DNA from: an uncultured archaeon
Lineage (GTDB): Archaea; Micrarchaeota; Micrarchaeia; Micrarchaeales; CABMGC01
Reading direction: 5' to 3'
Length of the DNA stretch: 64,000 bases
Assembly (NCBI GenBank): GCA_963830445.1
Contig: CAWHMC010000005.1
Coordinates: 12,357-76,356, forward strand
Shown: piece by piece, positions 56,825 through 64,000 of the stretch
How the letters are laid out: each line of letters starts with the position of its first letter
How positions within the stretch are numbered: position 1 is the first letter of the stretch
Notes under the pieces: generated by a model
Databases searched by the model: none
Told to the model about the DNA's origin: nothing
Seen by the model: the letters and a program-made list of their open reading frames with translations, nothing else
Position numbers and translations under genes: made by a program

Positions 56825-57168
56825 ACTATTATCTTGATCTCCTTCTCCTTCAGCATCTCCTCCAGCGTGAGCACCCTGCAGCCCGCCGCCTTGAGGCGCG
56901 CCGCCGCCGTTCCCGAGTACTCGATTGCTGTGATGTTGAACTTCTTTGTGTTCACGCCTGTGGCGAGCACCTTGCCGGGCACTATCACGTTGTCCGAGTC
57001 GTTGGCGTACATGTTGAGCTTCTTGAGGTTGACCGCGACCCGCTGCCTTCTCGGCTTTGTCGCCAGCACCAGCACGTCCCTGGCCACGTTGATGTGCTTG
57101 TTGTCATGCTTGACGCTTGAAAGGGTAGCGATCCATCGCTGAATGTTTGCCTTCTCTATGTTTTCCAT
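56821..57168 (-). CDS. rpl18e: 50S ribosomal protein L18e
   Basis: VNLKKLNMYANDSDNVIVPGKVLATG...ITAIEYSGTAAARLKAAGCRVLTLEEM. I chose the Met at 57168 because the longer ORF runs into tRNA-Leu. Confidence 0.88.
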   Translation of the reverse strand: MENIEKANIQRWIATLSSVKHDNKHINVARDVLVLATKPRRQRVAVNLKKLNMYANDSDNVIVPGKVLATGVNTKKFNITAIEYSGTAAARLKAAGCRVLTLEEMLKEKEIKIIV

Positions 57169-57187
57169 TTTGTGTACCTTTTCCGTA

Positions 57188-57274
57188 TGCAAGGGGTGAG
57201 ATTCGAACTCACGCATGCACTAAAGCAACTGACCCCTCAAGCCAGCGCATTTGACCAAGCTCTGCCACCCTTGC
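57188..57274 (-). tRNA. tRNA-Leu (anticodon GAG), class II with a long variable arm. No encoded CCA.
   Basis: Hand-folded with acceptor GCAAGGG/CCCUUGC, anticodon arm CUGGC-UUGAGGG-GUCAG, a 16-nt variable region, T arm GUGAG-UUCGAAU-CUCAC, and discriminator A. Confidence 0.85.
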
Positions 57275-57277
57275 ATT

Positions 57278-57859
57278 TTATTTCTTCAGCTCTTTCTGTA
57301 TCTCTTTCACGTTTGTGTTTATTATATCTAACGCACGTGCGAGCATCTCCGGTGCCGTCATCTGGCCAAATGATTCAATATAAAACTCGAAGTCCTTCTC
57401 CTTCTCGTCGGCGGTGTAGCTGGCGAGGCCCGCCTGGTACTTGGCGCTGGTGCGTCCGGTTCCGAGCTTCGCCTTCGCGTCCACCCTCAGGACCTGCCCC
57501 TGGGCGAGCTTGATGAGCGGGATGTTGTCGTTGGCGACCTCCACTTCCCCGCTGCTCTTCAGCTCCTTGGAGTAGACAGTCTTGGGGCCCGTCTCGTTGA
57601 GGGAGAGCAGGACCTCCTCCTTTCCGTTGTAATTCTTGGGTGCCTTGAGCGGGACCAGGCCCAGCCTGTGGGCGATGTACTCGTCGAACATGGCGCTCGT
57701 GTTGTCGTAGAATGTGACGTTGTCTATGGCGAAAGTGGGGATGCTCGTCATTATTATCCGGCGCAGCGCGTTGACAAAGTTGTAGGTCGCTCCGCTGAAT
57801 TTCACCCGGACTGCGAAGGGTGTGCTCTCTAACACGCTAATTTTCATAAGATCCGCCAA
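57278..57859 (-). CDS. rpoD: DNA-directed RNA polymerase subunit D (Rpo3)
   Basis: FVNALRRIIMTSIPTFAIDNVTFYDNTSAMFDEYIAHRLGLVPLK. 193 aa. Confidence 0.92.
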   Translation of the reverse strand: MADLMKISVLESTPFAVRVKFSGATYNFVNALRRIIMTSIPTFAIDNVTFYDNTSAMFDEYIAHRLGLVPLKAPKNYNGKEEVLLSLNETGPKTVYSKELKSSGEVEVANDNIPLIKLAQGQVLRVDAKAKLGTGRTSAKYQAGLASYTADEKEKDFEFYIESFGQMTAPEMLARALDIINTNVKEIQKELKK

Positions 57860-58021
57860 AAGAAGGCACTATGGTTAAGAATATGCAAGATAATGTATTT
57901 AAACCTAACTACGCAGACGGGATTAGTGGACAAACGCCAGCATTTATCGGATTTTTTATTTAAATAGGTTGTAGAACTATAAGGTAGAATTAGGCTTAAA
58001 ATGGGTGCCGAGTTTGAACAA

Positions 58022-59092
58022 TCATTTCGCTTTGTCAATTATTCTATGAAGTTGGTTTAAAAACTCATAGGTATCTACGAAGTAATTTGGGTACGCTTTT
58101 TGTAGGTCGTGAGCTGCGTCAACGCTCACAAGAACTACGTCGTATTCTTTATTACCAGTATATCGCTTTTCGAGAGTGGCGTACTCATTTAGTGCCTGTT
58201 GTTCTTCTTTCTTTGTATACGTGTGAATTAGTAGCTTTTCTCCTGGAATGTCTAGTTCCAACAAGGAAAATCTGACTTCTCCTTTTCTTTTGGTCTTTTC
58301 GTTAAAGACCTTCAGTGCGCTCGTCCAGCCTCTCATTTTGTTTATAATGTTTAGTTCTTTTTCCTTTTGCTTGATCTTCGCATATAGCTCTTTTTCATCG
58401 CCAGGAGTGTCTGGCACTACTGGACAGTTCTCTATTTTAGCAAAAGCTGCGCTCACAAGTTTAAAAAATTCTAATAGTTCGGGGGATCCCTCGTTTGATT
58501 TTATTGCTTGTCTGGTGAAAAAACCGGCAGTTTCAACTGCGGTAGCCCATATGTGTTGTAACCGTGATCTTATTTGGACTTCGATTAGTAGTCCGGTGTA
58601 CTCTTTTTTCCCTTCTCTGTCGCTGTTGTAGTTATAAATCAGGTGTATGCCCCTATAGCCGTCTTGTTTTGGTGTCGTTATATAATCTTTAAATCCTGTT
58701 CTTTTGTGCTTCAGGTCTCCTTTAAGATAATAATTATCACATAATTTCTTGGCTAATGTAACGTTTGATAAAACAGCCCTGCAGCCACCAATATCCTGCA
58801 TCTGATAAAGGGCCATGGATGGATTATGGCCGTGGTACTTTCTACGTAATTTGGCGATGATCGCTGGCGCACGCTTTAAACGGCTTGCGATGAGCGAATC
58901 TTTATCTAATTTCTTTGAGACTATCTTCAAACGCATGTAAAATACGTGCATGGGATAACTGTGGACTGCCCGCCAATTGTCTAGTATCTCTAAGGCTTTG
59001 TCCATGTCGGGACTTGAAGTATCGGAATCGCGTAGTACCCTTCCGGCCCAATTAATCTCACTTTTATTATAAAGTGGTTTTTCCCACGCCAT
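58022..59092 (-). CDS. RelA/SpoT-family nucleotidyltransferase (small alarmone synthetase / toxSAS-like) with a roughly 140-aa C-terminal extension
   Basis: All four synthetase motifs are present: SRLKRAPAIIAKL, DIGGCRAVL, KDYITTPKQDGYRGIHLIY and EVQIRSRLQHIWA. The gene is AT-rich (43 and 37 G+C in two 100-nt samples, against 70 in a 100-nt sample of adjacent rpoD). Confidence 0.85.
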   Translation of the reverse strand: MAWEKPLYNKSEINWAGRVLRDSDTSSPDMDKALEILDNWRAVHSYPMHVFYMRLKIVSKKLDKDSLIASRLKRAPAIIAKLRRKYHGHNPSMALYQMQDIGGCRAVLSNVTLAKKLCDNYYLKGDLKHKRTGFKDYITTPKQDGYRGIHLIYNYNSDREGKKEYTGLLIEVQIRSRLQHIWATAVETAGFFTRQAIKSNEGSPELLEFFKLVSAAFAKIENCPVVPDTPGDEKELYAKIKQKEKELNIINKMRGWTSALKVFNEKTKRKGEVRFSLLELDIPGEKLLIHTYTKKEEQQALNEYATLEKRYTGNKEYDVVLVSVDAAHDLQKAYPNYFVDTYEFLNQLHRIIDKAK

Positions 59093-59125
59093 AATTGTAT
59101 ATGCGTACTTACTATTATTTAAATG

Positions 59126-59194
59126 TTCATTTGCGCGGTTATCTCTAAGACGACAATATACATATATGCGTATTAATTATTCATTTTGCGCGGT
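59126..59194. repeat. Imperfect direct repeats (TATATGCGTA...TTCATTT(T)GCGCGGT, two copies) in the promoter region of the RelA/SpoT-like gene
   Basis: TTCATTTGCGCGGT at 59126-59139 and TTCATTTTGCGCGGT at 59180-59194. Each is preceded by TATATGCGTA (59098-59107 and 59163-59172). Confidence 0.6.
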
Positions 59195-59332
59195 AAAGGA
59201 ATTTGATAAGACCGTAAAACTATGGAAATCGCTTTAAACTACAAACCGATTGGCCACTCGAATAACGGAAGTTTCGGTAACGGGGTTAAGCTTTTTAATT
59301 CTTCTCACACAGTATTAGTCAAGGCGATTAGA

Positions 59333-59617
59333 ATGAAGATCTCTGAAATATACAGGATGGATATATACAGCGATGACGGTCAGTACGTCGGTGACGTGCA
59401 GGATGTGATCATAGACCTAGAGAAGGGCGAGATAAGCAGGCTTCTCATGACACCATGGAAGAACGCGAAGGGCGATGCCAACCTGGTATTGAAGAAGAAG
59501 AGCATACTTTACAAGAGCGTCAAGAACATCGGCGACGTGGTACTCGTAGGTGGAGCCGCTTCGGGCTCACGCGAAGAGGCTGCAAGCCGGGAAGAGATAA
59601 ACGACCTGTCTAGATAA
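59333..59617 (+). CDS. PRC-barrel domain protein
   Basis: MDIYSDDGQYVGDVQDVIIDLEKGEISRLLM...SVKNIGDVVLV. AAGCTTTTTAAT lies about 35-45 nt upstream of the ATG at 59333. The longer ORF starts at 59222. Confidence 0.65.
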   Translation: MKISEIYRMDIYSDDGQYVGDVQDVIIDLEKGEISRLLMTPWKNAKGDANLVLKKKSILYKSVKNIGDVVLVGGAASGSREEAASREEINDLSR

Positions 59618-60202
59618 CTAGATAGATTTCTGCTTTTCCTTTTCTTTTTTGTAGGGCCGGTCTAGGTGCACCACCTTGGGCACCCTGACGCCCCGCTGAC
59701 CCAGATACTTGCCGCTGTAGGCGTTCTTTACCGGATTCAGCGTAGCGGCGAAGATCACGTGGGCGAACCGCATCCCTGGTTTCAGGAGTATCTTCGTTTC
59801 TCCGGCGTTGAACACCTCGAGGGTTACGTTGCCTTCGAAGCCTGCGTCGATTATCGTGGGAGGGAGCAGGAGGCCGTGGCGCGCCCAGGTGCTGCGCAGC
59901 TCCACGAAGCCCATCAGGTTGTTGGGCAGCTTGATGTACTCGTAAGTTGACATTAAAACCTGCTCATGTGGATTGATTACCAGTCCTTTTTCGTTGCGCT
60001 CGATCACGTATTCTTTCGCTACGTGCTCCTCATTTTCCGGATCGAGTATGAAATCGGGATTGAGCTTCGGGTTGTGGCGTGCCATCTCCATATCGAGACG
60101 CAGGTCCATCCCATTCTCGCGTATGAGCTCATGGTGGAAGGGCTTTATGACAAGCCGTTGGCTGCGAATCATGTTTTCCAGATCATAGTCGGATAGAATC
60201 AT
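59618..60202 (-). CDS. dcd: dCTP deaminase (possibly bifunctional dCTP deaminase/dUTPase)
   Basis: MILSDYDL, GFVELRSTWARHGLL, IDAGFEGNVTLEVFN and AHVIF. Confidence 0.88.
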   Translation of the reverse strand: MILSDYDLENMIRSQRLVIKPFHHELIRENGMDLRLDMEMARHNPKLNPDFILDPENEEHVAKEYVIERNEKGLVINPHEQVLMSTYEYIKLPNNLMGFVELRSTWARHGLLLPPTIIDAGFEGNVTLEVFNAGETKILLKPGMRFAHVIFAATLNPVKNAYSGKYLGQRGVRVPKVVHLDRPYKKEKEKQKSI

Positions 60203-60857
60203 TCAGTTCACCAGTGTAAGTAGTCTTTATCTCAATGAATGCGGCCTTTGTGATTGCGCTTATGTCCTTCTTTGCATCGATCTTCGCCCATCTCTTCGCG
60301 CCATACCCATCTGCCCAGAGCTTCAGGTAGAAGGAGCGCACCTTCTCCTGGAAGAGCAGGTCCTTCTCCATGCGGTCTGCTGTGAGTTTCTTCTGCTTCG
60401 CTTTCCTCTTGAAGGCGTCCTTTGCAGGAATGTCGAAGTATAGAACTAGGGTAGGGGAGGGGAGTTTCATTATCCTGCTCGCTATCATCTTTATCTCTTC
60501 ATAGTCGAAGCCATTAGAGGACTGGTAGGCTATGGTGGAGAAGAAGTATCGGTCTAGGAAGACGACCTTGCCGGCATCGAGATCTTTCTCTATGAGCCCT
60601 TTGTCTCGCACCATGTCGAGCAGATACAGGCACACCTGCTCTACCGGGGAGAGTTCCAGCTTTCCGGCCAGGAACTGCTTCCTTATTATCCTACCGTAGA
60701 ACTTGTCGTGAGTCGGATAGGAGTAGATGCTGGATTCTATGCCCGCAGCCTTGAGGTGGCGTGCAAGAAGGGGGATCTGGGTGGACTTGCCGGACCCGTC
60801 AACACCCTCTAAGGCAACAAGAATACCTCGCACCACCAGGACCTCCGCTAGATACAA
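60183..60857 (-). CDS. tmk: Thymidylate kinase
   Basis: P-loop ALEGVDGSGKSTQ, DRYFFSTIAYQ, and a lid-like basic region. It overlaps dcd by 20 nt. Confidence 0.85.
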   Translation of the reverse strand: MYLAEVLVVRGILVALEGVDGSGKSTQIPLLARHLKAAGIESSIYSYPTHDKFYGRIIRKQFLAGKLELSPVEQVCLYLLDMVRDKGLIEKDLDAGKVVFLDRYFFSTIAYQSSNGFDYEEIKMIASRIMKLPSPTLVLYFDIPAKDAFKRKAKQKKLTADRMEKDLLFQEKVRSFYLKLWADGYGAKRWAKIDAKKDISAITKAAFIEIKTTYTGELNDSIRL

Positions 60858-60913
60858 TAGCTAAGAATATTTATATCTTGCAAGCCTCGATATATACGCT
60901 GCTATAGTGGCGC

Positions 60914-60988
60914 GCTCCTATCGTCTAGTTCGGCCAAGGACGCGGGGCTTTCAATCCCGCAACCCGGGTTCAAATCCCGGTGGGAGCA
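60914..60988 (+). tRNA. tRNA-Glu (anticodon UUC). No encoded CCA.
   Basis: Hand-folded with acceptor GCUCCUA/UGGGAGC, D stem GUCU/GGAC, anticodon arm CGGGG-CUUUCAA-UCCCG, and T arm CCGGG-UUCAAAU-CCCGG. Confidence 0.85.
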
Positions 60989-61041
60989 TCAGGTGAATCG
61001 GACCCTAGAGACCCGCATCTGCGGCAGTGATCCCTGCCGGA

Positions 61042-62217
61042 TCAGGAACAGGTCATGTTGGGGCCAAAGATGGTTGGATGCGGTCCGTTAAAGCCCACAT
61101 AGCCGGACCAGTCGGGTGTGCCGTTCCGGTATACGTTTAACGAGATGTTATAGGCAGGTCCTACAGAATAATTTATGTCCGTAGTGTAGACCGCGCGGAT
61201 AGCGGACCCCGGTAGGCCGATGCCGTCGGAGAGGGAATCGGGAGCCCCGCTCTCATTGTAGGAGTAGGCAGACCAGGTGGTCGAATTTGGTTGGCCCGGA
61301 TCGTGGATGCACCCGGAGAACGTGTCCCCGGCCGGATCGACACGCGTCCAGCTCCCGCAGGTACCATGATAAAATTCATATCCGCCTCCTCCGGAAGCAA
61401 CGCTTGCCCAGGAGGGCATGGAGGTATATCCGCCGACGGGTAGAGTAGCAATACCGGCCACCCCTATATTGTATAGTCTGACATCGTCACGCCCGTTGGA
61501 GTAATCATAAACGTAGCGGCCGGTCCAGGTGCAGTAGCCGGAAGTGATATCCGATGTGCACTGCCCCGGCTTGCAGACGGGCGAGAGCGTGATCGTACCG
61601 GAACTCCTCCGGCCCGTGTTCAGGTCTACTGCGGTTATGTTGTATACTCCCGCTGGTGTGGTTACATTTGCAAAAAAGTCGTAGAGCAGCGTGCTGGACT
61701 CGCCGTAAAATTCGCCGGAGGCGGGTCCCGCCGTTGGCCCGTCCACGACCTGGCCGTTTACTAATAGTTCTACGGTGTCAGAGATCGGGTTCCCTGAAGC
61801 CAGGATCGTCTCGTACTGAGTATACCATATTGTGGCGTTGCTTATGTTTAGGGTTGGCCCACCCGTGGATGATTGCACAGTGCTTGTCTGCGGGATTGTT
61901 GTTTGCCCTCCCAGTGCCTCGCTTAGTTGGGCCTGGCTGGAGATGAATACATCTTGCCCGTTTATGTTGTAATATCCTGTACCTGCGTACCCAAGGCCCG
62001 GGTTATAGGGATTCGCTGCCGTTCCTGCCTGGGCCGTCTGGGGAGTGGCAGTTGAGGAAAGAAGGAGATAGGCACCGATGACGACGATTACCAATAAAAC
62101 ACCTACGATCACCGCTGTGTTGGACTTTGCTTTCGGTGGCGAGGCGGGTTGTGCGGGGGCCTTGGATGTTGCGGAGGCCTTAGACGTCGTAGCGGTTTTG
62201 GATGCCATGTAGGTCAC
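61042..62217 (-). CDS. N-terminally anchored extracellular orphan protein
   Basis: A Lys/Ala/Ser/Thr-rich cytoplasmic tail, then the TM helix AVIVGVLLVIVVIGAYLLL, then a Cys-, Gly- and Tyr-rich ectodomain with sequons. No family recognised. Confidence 0.55.
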   Translation of the reverse strand: MTYMASKTATTSKASATSKAPAQPASPPKAKSNTAVIVGVLLVIVVIGAYLLLSSTATPQTAQAGTAANPYNPGLGYAGTGYYNINGQDVFISSQAQLSEALGGQTTIPQTSTVQSSTGGPTLNISNATIWYTQYETILASGNPISDTVELLVNGQVVDGPTAGPASGEFYGESSTLLYDFFANVTTPAGVYNITAVDLNTGRRSSGTITLSPVCKPGQCTSDITSGYCTWTGRYVYDYSNGRDDVRLYNIGVAGIATLPVGGYTSMPSWASVASGGGGYEFYHGTCGSWTRVDPAGDTFSGCIHDPGQPNSTTWSAYSYNESGAPDSLSDGIGLPGSAIRAVYTTDINYSVGPAYNISLNVYRNGTPDWSGYVGFNGPHPTIFGPNMTCS

Positions 62218-62364
62218 TTGTCTAATTAGCCCTTCCGAAGGTTAAGTATAAAAGACGTCGCGTTGGTGGCGTTCTTTAGAAAAGATGTCCCTAGACGAAT
62301 CCTTAATATCTAAACCTACCACGTCCATCACATTGTTTTTAAATTGTGGCTGCGTAAGAGCATC

Positions 62365-62772
62365 ATGGAAAAGATGCGTGTCTTCGGATACGAGCTCCTG
62401 CTGGACTGCTACGACTGCAAGCCGGAGGTCTGCGGCCAGATTGACCACTGCTACAGCTACCTGGACAGGCTTGTGGACTTCATAGGTATGAAGAAGCAGG
62501 AGCCTCCGTCGATCTTCAGGACCGACCGGAAGTCTTTCCCCGACAAGGCCGGTCTCAGCGGTTGGGTTCCCCTGGCCGAGTCATCTATCGTGATCCACAC
62601 TCTCTCGCAGAAGAACTTCATCAGCATAGACGTCTACAGTTGCAAGGAATTCAATCCTGCTAAGGTCGTTGCTTTCACCAGGCGTTACTTCGCTCCTAAG
62701 AAGATAGAGCGCCAGTTTATCCTCAGGGGAAAGCATTATTTCGATGCGTATAAGAAGGCGCGCAAAGCATAA
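62365..62772 (+). CDS. speH: Pyruvoyl-dependent S-adenosylmethionine decarboxylase proenzyme
   Basis: FGYELLLDCYDC and the self-cleavage site LAESSIVIHT, then ISIDVYSC. Confidence 0.85.
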   Translation: MEKMRVFGYELLLDCYDCKPEVCGQIDHCYSYLDRLVDFIGMKKQEPPSIFRTDRKSFPDKAGLSGWVPLAESSIVIHTLSQKNFISIDVYSCKEFNPAKVVAFTRRYFAPKKIERQFILRGKHYFDAYKKARKA

Positions 62773-62806
62773 TCCTAATTGCACCCCGAAAACCGGATTT
62801 TAGAGA

Positions 62807-63334
62807 GTGTTGTTCATGGAATTGCTCAAGGAGATTACAGAAAGTTCGCTGGGGCTCAGCAGGCACCTTGCCTCGCGCTACAAGGTCCGCAGAGCTGCCC
62901 GGGCCGTCCTCTTCAACGAGAAGGAGGAGGTGGCATTGCAGTACTCTTCGCGGCTCAAGTACCATAAACTGCCCGGGGGAGGCATAGAGGAAGGCGAGAG
63001 TGTAGAGACTGCCCTGCGGCGCGAGATAAAAGAGGAGACGGGATGCCTAATCGATAGGTTCACCGAGATGGGCCTTGTTATGGAATACAGGAACAGGGCA
63101 CGTGTGCTGGGAATCTCATTTTGTTTCATGGCCTACACCAAGGGAGCCAGGCAGCCACTCATGCTCACGAAGCGCGAGCGTATGCAGGGATTCGTAGTGG
63201 AGTGGATGCCTCTCGACAAGGCGATAGCAACGGTCCGGTCCGAAGAGCGCGGTGGATACCTGGGGCGGTTCATGAGGGCGCGGGAGATACTGCTGCTTGA
63301 GACTGCCAGGAAGAGGCAGCAGTTGCAGAGTTAA
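62807..63334 (+). CDS. NUDIX hydrolase
   Basis: Nudix box GGGIEEGESVETALRREIKEETGC. Confidence 0.8.
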   Translation: MLFMELLKEITESSLGLSRHLASRYKVRRAARAVLFNEKEEVALQYSSRLKYHKLPGGGIEEGESVETALRREIKEETGCLIDRFTEMGLVMEYRNRARVLGISFCFMAYTKGARQPLMLTKRERMQGFVVEWMPLDKAIATVRSEERGGYLGRFMRAREILLLETARKRQQLQS

Positions 63335-63439
63335 TGACGACGTCGATGGAGTTAGTGATAAAAGGGTATTGGTGCATATTTAATCGCCTAGCGCAGCTGC
63401 GATTTGACACGAGATTCGCTGGCAGAAGCGTGACCCATA

Positions 63440-64000
63440 ATGAAGTATGTTTTGTCGATATTGATTGGCTTTTTGCTGCTGCAGGTGGTTATGGCCTATA
63501 CTGCCAATGCGGTAGCGACCGGGAGCGTGAATGTGCTGTGCCCTTTTAAGGTCACTCCTAACTTTTCCTATATTTACCAGATTGCAGGAAACATTGTTCT
63601 TGATTACAATGCGCAAACACTGTCCAACTGCGTAATAAACTCCGCGGCGGGCACTTTGAGCATCGCCTATGCCTCGAACCAGTTGAGCATTTACAGTACA
63701 TCGATATCTGCAGCCAGCTTCAACTCGCTGCCGACGGCCCAGGTCTCGCCGCCTATAAACGCCCTCCTGTTCACGCAGGGGAACTACCTCGCCACGATCT
63801 CTCTGGCAATCGGGGCCTCGTCGAACACAACTTCCGGTACGGCGCGGTTTGCTCCAGCGTCACAGCTCGTTGTTTCCGGTTTCTCGGCGACCTCTGTGCC
63901 GCAGGGGAATCCAGTAGTGTTCGCAGTTAACGTGGCAAACAACGGGCTCTCTGCGAGCAACACAATAATGCTGAACTTGCAAGTGACAGGCCCGAGTTCG
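63440..64000 (+). CDS. Secreted protein with a CARDB-like domain (3' end lies outside the window; absent from the ORF track)
   Basis: I translated the open frame from ATG 63440 to the window edge. It gives the signal peptide MKYVLSILIGFLLLQVVMAYTANA and later VVSGFSATSVPQGNPVVFAVNVANNGLSASNTIMLNLQVTG (CARDB-like). Confidence 0.6.
   Translation, partial: MKYVLSILIGFLLLQVVMAYTANAVATGSVNVLCPFKVTPNFSYIYQIAGNIVLDYNAQTLSNCVINSAAGTLSIAYASNQLSIYSTSISAASFNSLPTAQVSPPINALLFTQGNYLATISLAIGASSNTTSGTARFAPASQLVVSGFSATSVPQGNPVVFAVNVANNGLSASNTIMLNLQVTGPSS

Noticed and set aside
56821-57216. The tracked 131-aa version of L18e, with an N-terminal extension MREFESHPLHTEKVHK.
   Set aside because: The extension is the translation of the 3' half of tRNA-Leu (57188-57274) on the same strand. 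The conserved L18e sequence starts at Met 57168.
57844-58038. 64-aa minus-strand ORF in the AT-rich spacer between the RelA/SpoT-like gene and rpoD, considered as a possible small antitoxin.
   Set aside because: It overlaps both neighbouring genes' ends, has an implausible composition (Cys, Ser, Asn, Leu) and has no promoter or coupling signal. This cannot be excluded without expression data, but there is no positive evidence.

Overview
Archaeal chromosomal segment, identified by split rpoB and rpoA, rpoH, rpoD, rpoN, EF-1alpha, MCM, Kae1/Bud32, L18e, L41e and an Sm protein. Genes better known from bacteria are also present: gyrBA, grpE-dnaK-dnaJ, thyA-folA and a GT9 glycosyltransferase. It is gene-dense and mostly housekeeping: gyrase, an Lhr-type helicase, tuf-rps10, CysRS/TrpRS/MetRS, the rpoH-B''-B'-A'-A'' operon, MCM, a thymidylate-cycle cluster, the Hsp70 operon, and the rpoD-L18e-L13-S9-rpoN-S2 operon. 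I found three tRNAs by eye, and tRNA-Ala(GGC) carries a 24-nt intron in the T-loop. The main accessory region is a roughly 10-kb minus-strand locus (26716-36430). It encodes three large paralogous proteins with archaeal class III (type IV prepilin-like) signal peptides fused to different adhesin-like domains, two paralogous small membrane-anchored partner proteins, and a 1022-aa repeat-rich Sec-type surface protein. A short pilin-like gene abuts rps2. A second accessory element is an AT-rich island (57860-59330) next to rpoD that carries a RelA/SpoT (toxSAS/CapRel-like) nucleotidyltransferase gene. Other points are a 1-nt frameshift in the essential rpoA'', a DnaJ truncated after its zinc finger, a missed L41e micro-ORF, an orphan two-gene cassette, a protein-glycosylation cluster, and many Ser/Thr-rich sequon-rich secreted orphan proteins. 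I recognised no CRISPR array, transposase, integrase or rRNA. All homology calls come from reading motifs by eye and should be confirmed with profile searches.
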